A stretch of 64,000 bases of DNA from the NCBI GenBank assembly GCA_965113315.1, contig OZ220375.1, one strand, 5' to 3'. Positions within the stretch are counted from its first letter, which is position 1. The number at the start of each line of letters is the position of its first letter. Below, piece by piece: positions 59,601-64,000 of the stretch. A program made the position numbers and the translations under genes. The DNA comes from Podarcis vaucheri. Its lineage: Eukaryota. Below the pieces are notes generated by a model. That model did not search any database and had not been told where the DNA came from. It worked only from the letters and a program-made list of their open reading frames with translations.

Positions 59601-62600
59601 TGGGGACATAGGTTTCCAGACGGGAGTTGATCACGGTGAGGGTTTCCCAAGCATGCCTTCCTCTTAGCACATTTCTCCCTTTCGTCCAGAGTTTAAGCAT
59701 CTTCAAAACCCATGACACCTTTGGTAAAGGCTGTTCTCCAGTTGGAGCACTCGCAGGCCAGTGTTTCCCAGTTGTTGGTGTTTATGCTACATTTTTAAAG
59801 ATTTGCCTTGAGAGAGTCTTTAAACCTCTTTTGTTGACCATCAGCATTACACTTACCATTTTTAAGTTCAGAATAGAGTAGTTGCTTTGGAAGATGATAA
59901 TCAGGCATCCGCACATGACCAGTCCAATGAAACTGATGTTGAAGAATCATTGCTTTGACACTGGTGATCTTTGCTTCTTCCAGTACACTGGTATTAGTTC
60001 ACCTGTCTTCCCAAGTGAATTGTACCAATCAAGATGTACCAATGATCTGACTCAGCATAAGGCAACATTCTCAAATTCCATGTTCCTCCCCCTCTTGGTA
60101 AGCAACAGTGACCCTCCCACTGGGAAGTTAGCATCGTGGTTCTGACTCTCCCAACAAGTCATTTGGCTATACAGTGGTGCCTCGCAAGACGAAATTAATT
60201 CATTCCGCAAGTTTTTTCTTCTTGCGAGTTTTTCGTCTTGCGAAGCACGGTTTCCCATAGGAATGCATTGAAAATCAATCAATGCGTTCCTATGGAGACC
60301 GTCCGGGGACAGAGGGGAAGCGCCGCTCTGTCCCCTCTTTTGAAGCAAGGGGCTGCAGGGAGAAGATAGCTTCTCCCCACCGCCCCTTGCTTCAAAAGAG
60401 GTCCGGGGACAGCGGGAAGCGCTTCCCGCTGTCCCCGGAGCTTGCAGGGCAAGCTTCATTTTGCGAAGCAAGCCCATAGGGAAATTCGTCTTGCGAGGCA
60501 ACTCCAAAACGAAAAAACCTTTCGTTTTGCGAGTTTTTCATCTCGCGAGGCATTCGTCTTGCGGGGCACCACTGTAACTTCTGGGAAGCATAAGAGAACT
60601 GACACTGGACTAAAAACACCTTGTGTGTTAGAGAGGACTAAACTAGAAAAGATGCCCATTGTGAAGTATAACAATAGTGATCTAGACCATGGAATAAGGG
60701 GGTAGAGTCTTTAATCCTTCAGTCATCTAATCCTTTAAACCCACCTGCAGTATCAATAATCCATCTTTATGTCTAATGTGGGAACTTGATCTGGATTGTC
60801 ACTGCAGTCCAGGGGAAAGAATTAAATTGTCATGATCCCAGTCCAGAACATTCCCCCCCCCATGCAACTTCAATTGACTTTAAAAAGTCAGTCATAAAAT
60901 TGATAATGTTTTCTGTGGCTGGCACCCTGTTAAGTGCACAGTCTGATGAGACCCCACACTTCCTTTATATTCAAGGAAGCCAAACAGATTTGCTTTTTTT
61001 ATATATAAAAAAGAGAGAGGTAATGTTTACTGATCCCCCATCTTGTAGAACCTCAGTTATCCAGGTTCTATGTGCATTGCAGAAAACAAAGTTACATTTT
61101 AAGACAAAAAGACAAAAAGAAGTAGAAAATAACACTGTCAGATTTCAAAATTATGTCAAACAACACTTGAATGTGTTTAAAATTGATAATCAACTGGATT
61201 AAGTTTTAAAGCAGTCGATATATTTTTCGGCATCTTTATCATGAAGAAGTAGTAGTTGCAAAATGGAGGAGGAGGTTGTAGCCAATTAAGTTCTACTCAA
61301 AGTAGACCCATGAAAATTAACTAAATTAAGTTAGTCATGTCCACTCACTCGATGTGTCTACTCTAAGGATGACAAGCATTGGACACAACCCAACACATTC
61401 TCTGTAAAAAATGTCATTGAGTCACACTAGCATTAAACTATTTCTTGAATATCAATTTTTTAGATGGCCCAGTGACATAAAACTCCCAAACGGTTCTCTT
61501 CTCTTATTTATGGACAGGCACAACCCCTCTCTGTGTGTAATGAGAATTGCCATGTAGGCTATAGAAGGGCTAAAAAGGAAGGAAAGCCATTTTGCTGCTA
61601 TGATTGCCTCCCATGCACAAAAGGGAAGATATCAAACAAGAAGGGTAAGAAGTGTTGCATACATTATTCACAAACTATAACAGGCAACATGCAGTGTATA
61701 TTAGGGCAGTGCTGTCAAAAGACTTTAGTCAGGTCACAAGGAGAGTGGGGAAGCCCCCAACTGCTTATTTAATCCAGGTTTTAATCCCTAATTCCGACCT
61801 ACCTAACACATACTTAATCAGGGTTTAAAACCCTGATTAAGCATAAGGTAAAGGTAAAGGGACCCCTGACCATTAGGTCCAGTCGTGGCCGACTCTGGGG
61901 TTCCGACGCTCATCTCACTTTATTGGCCGAGGGAGCCGGCCAGCATGACTAAGCCGCTTCTAGCGAACCAGAGCAGTGCACAGAAACGCTGTTTACCTTC
62001 CTACCTATTTATCTTGTTGCACTTTGACGTTCTTTCAAACTGCTAGGTTGGCAGGAGCAGGGACCAAGCAACGGGAGCTCACCCCGTCGTGGGGATTCGA
62101 ACCGCCAACCTTCTGATCGGCAAGCCCTAGGCTCTGTGGTTTAACCCACAGCGCCACCCGCGTCCCTCTCTGATTAAGCATAGTGCAAAGCTATTGATTT
62201 GGTTCAGGACCTGGCTGCAGCTCAGGATGGCCTTGCATCATCCCTGGATGGATCAGTACCACTCCAAAGCACCACTCTTTTTTCTCTCTTTGGCAATCAC
62301 TCGTAGCTGAGTAAGATTGTCTTCCATGAATACAGTCTTAACAGTGTATCCGTAAGTGACTGTGGAGGCCAGTTCTGGATTTGCACATCCTTCTACAGTG
62401 GGGACATAGGTTTCCAGGCAGGAGTTGATCACGGTGAGGATTTGTCAAATGTGCCTTCCCCTTAGCTTGTTTCTCCCTTTTGCCCTGAGTTTGTGCTTCT
62501 TCAAAGTCCATGACACCTTTGGTAGAGGCTATTCTCCAACTGGAACGCTCACCAGATTGGTATACACAGCAGAAGAGCATAACAACATTCTATTGGGAGG

Positions 62601-64000
62601 TGTGGCATCATACCCAGGCACACTGAACTAATAGGGTCTTTTAACAAATTGTATAAGTCTGGTGACCAGCCAGCCCAATCACAAGCTTACACACAATGAA
62701 CCTCATTAAAAGTGCCTGGGTTTGCTAGTTAATCAAATCAGCACAAGTCGACTGGCACCTCAACACTACTGAGACATATGTATTCTTGAGCATAGCACCT
62801 AATTTCAAGTTGTAGCAGAACAGGGCTTTGAGGAGGAATTTCAGCAAATACAGACATTATGGAGGACGCGAGAACTCCTGCTTGGTGGCATCCAGGGACA
62901 GAAAATGTCTTCATTGCTAGACATAGGTTTCTTCATATTGGGTCCAATACCTACATTACTCAGCTGGCCATATATGGTTTCTTGTGCAAGTAATTATTTA
63001 TCAGTCTTTCTGACATTGGCAGGAGATACATATTTAAAGTTCCTTTTATAAATATAGTCCTGTTTGATTACAGAGTACACAGCATAGTACACAGTGTTCA
63101 TGCTACCTTTTATTTTTCAGACATGGATGACTGTTTTGAATGCCCAGGAGATCAGTATCCAAACAATGAACAGGGTGGATGCCTTCCAAAGCAAATAACT
63201 TTCTTGTCTTATGGAGACTATTTGGGGGTCATTTTGGCCACTTTTGCTCTATTATTTGCTTTTATCACAGTTTTTGTGTTTTGCATCTTTGTGAAGAACA
63301 AGGAGACTCCCGTAGTTAAAGCCAACAACAGGAGCCTATCCTATGCTCTCCTCATCTCCCTCATTCTCTCTTTCCTCTGTGCTCTGCTATTCATTGGCAA
63401 ACCTCATAAAGTGACATGCCTCCTTCGACAAACCACTTTTGGCATGATCTTCTCAGTGGCAGTTTCTTGCATATTAGCCAAAACCACCACTGTGGTTCTA
63501 GCTTTCATGGCCACCAAGCCAGGGTCAAGGATAAGGAAATGGGTAGGGAAAAGGTTGTCAAATTCTATTGTGCTTTCCTGCTCCCTTATCCAAGCCACAA
63601 TTTGTACTGGGTGGGTGGCAACTTCTCCTCCATTCCTGCACTTTGACATCCATTCAATGGCTGAAGAAATTGTATTGGAATGTAATGAAGGATCAGTCAC
63701 CATGTTCTGCTGTGTCCTAGGCTTCATGGGAATTCTGGCCCTTGTCAGCTTCACTGTGGCTTTCCTAGCTAGGAAATTGCCAGACAGTTTCAATGAAGCC
63801 AAGTTTATCACCTTCAGCATGCTGGTCTTTTGCAGTGTGTGGCTGTCCTTTGTTCCAACCTACCTGAGCACCAAGGGAAAATACATGGTGGCTGTGGAGA
63901 TTTTCTCTATCTTGTCCTCCAGTTTTGGGTTACTTGGCTGCATCTTTTTGCCAAAATGTTATGCTATTTTGCTGAGACCTGACTTGAACAGCAGGGTGCA
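54495..64000 (+). CDS. V2R gene G (divergent beta subfamily), apparently intact, last codons beyond the window
   Basis: Exons 54495-54715, 55152-55443, 57119-57973, 58773-59000, 61518-61644, 63121->64000; all open and in phase. Confidence 0.93.
54825..54965. mobile_element. Short hAT-like MITE
   Basis: cagtgct...agccctg termini, 8-bp TSD gcagatat / gcagatct. Confidence 0.7.
55152..55443 (+). CDS. V2R gene G exon 2
   Basis: 292 bp. Confidence 0.92.
55643..55730 (+). mobile_element. 5'-truncated Penelope-like short element
   Basis: Same 3' end as 29339-29470; 14-bp TSD tctttgtagccaca. Confidence 0.7.
56573..56621. repeat. (GAAA)n microsatellite
   Basis: Seen directly. Confidence 0.95.
57036..57090. 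repeat. (CCTT)n microsatellite
   Basis: Seen directly, just upstream of the exon 3 acceptor. Confidence 0.95.
57119..57973 (+). CDS. V2R gene G exon 3
   Basis: 855 bp, aag acceptor. Confidence 0.9.
58461..58600. repeat. 70-bp tandem duplication
   Basis: cagttcgttttatgactttg... unit present twice. Confidence 0.9.
58773..59000 (+). CDS. V2R gene G exon 4
   Basis: 228 bp, [12 protein letters not shown]...FDIINW...FNQ. Confidence 0.92.
59327..60070 (+). mobile_element. Squam2-like SINE interrupted by an RTE LINE
   Basis: Head 59327-59480; tail ccaatgatctgactcagcataaggca resumes near 60038. Confidence 0.7.
59481..60031 (-). mobile_element. RTE-clade LINE 3' fragment
   Basis: (GAA)n tail, homologous to 62276-62558, flanking agatgt repeat. 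Confidence 0.75.
60172..60574. mobile_element. Tc1/mariner (Tigger-like) MITE
   Basis: ta|cagtggtgcctcgcaagacgaa...ttcgtcttgcggggcaccactg|ta. Confidence 0.9.
61518..61644 (+). CDS. V2R gene G exon 5
   Basis: 127 bp. Confidence 0.92.
61846..62166 (-). mobile_element. Sauria SINE
   Basis: 13-bp TSD ctgattaagcata (61833 and 62170). Confidence 0.9.
62276..62558 (-). mobile_element. RTE-clade LINE 3' fragment
   Basis: C-terminal [21 protein letters not shown] zinc-finger-like motif in ORF 62338..62580. Confidence 0.8.
63121..64000 (+). CDS. V2R gene G exon 6 (7TM), 3'-partial
   Basis: Read by hand: open from DMDDCFEC to RPDLNSRV at the window end. Confidence 0.93.

Noticed and set aside
1-64000. 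CRISPR arrays, operons or other prokaryotic systems
   Set aside because: Spliceosomal exon-intron structure and squamate repeats throughout; no regularly spaced repeat-spacer array

Overview
Vertebrate genomic DNA, almost certainly from a lacertid lizard (Sauria/Squam1, Squam2 and (CTT)n-tailed Squam3 SINEs). The window is a head-to-tail, plus-strand tandem cluster of vomeronasal type-2 receptor (V2R, class C GPCR) genes with the six-exon layout (about 220/292/850-860/228/127/902 bp). In order: gene A (3' part only), an orphan exon5+6 pseudogene fragment, intact gene B, intact gene C, a chimeric exon-6-only pseudogene, intact gene D, pseudogene E (L1 insertion, frameshift, exons 2 and 4-6 absent), intact gene F, and gene G (open, runs off the window end). 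Two subfamilies are interleaved: alpha (A, C, D) and beta (B, E, F, G). Introns carry SINEs, L1/CR1/L2/RTE fragments, Tc1/mariner MITEs, hAT-like elements, three solo LTRs and Penelope-like short elements. Most notable: (1) solo LTRs that carry a reading frame from LTR base 2 with synonymous-biased divergence, suggesting a retroelement protein tail encoded in U3; (2) Penelope-like insertions with minimal hammerhead-ribozyme motifs, one forming a perfect 101-bp inverted repeat, all within V2R intron 2; (3) a homeodomain + EBF(O/E)-like + E-box module with fixed spacing upstream of the V2R starts; (4) readable recombination scars of V2R birth-and-death. Gene letters are my labels. All alignments were by eye and repeat family names come from recognition, not database search.
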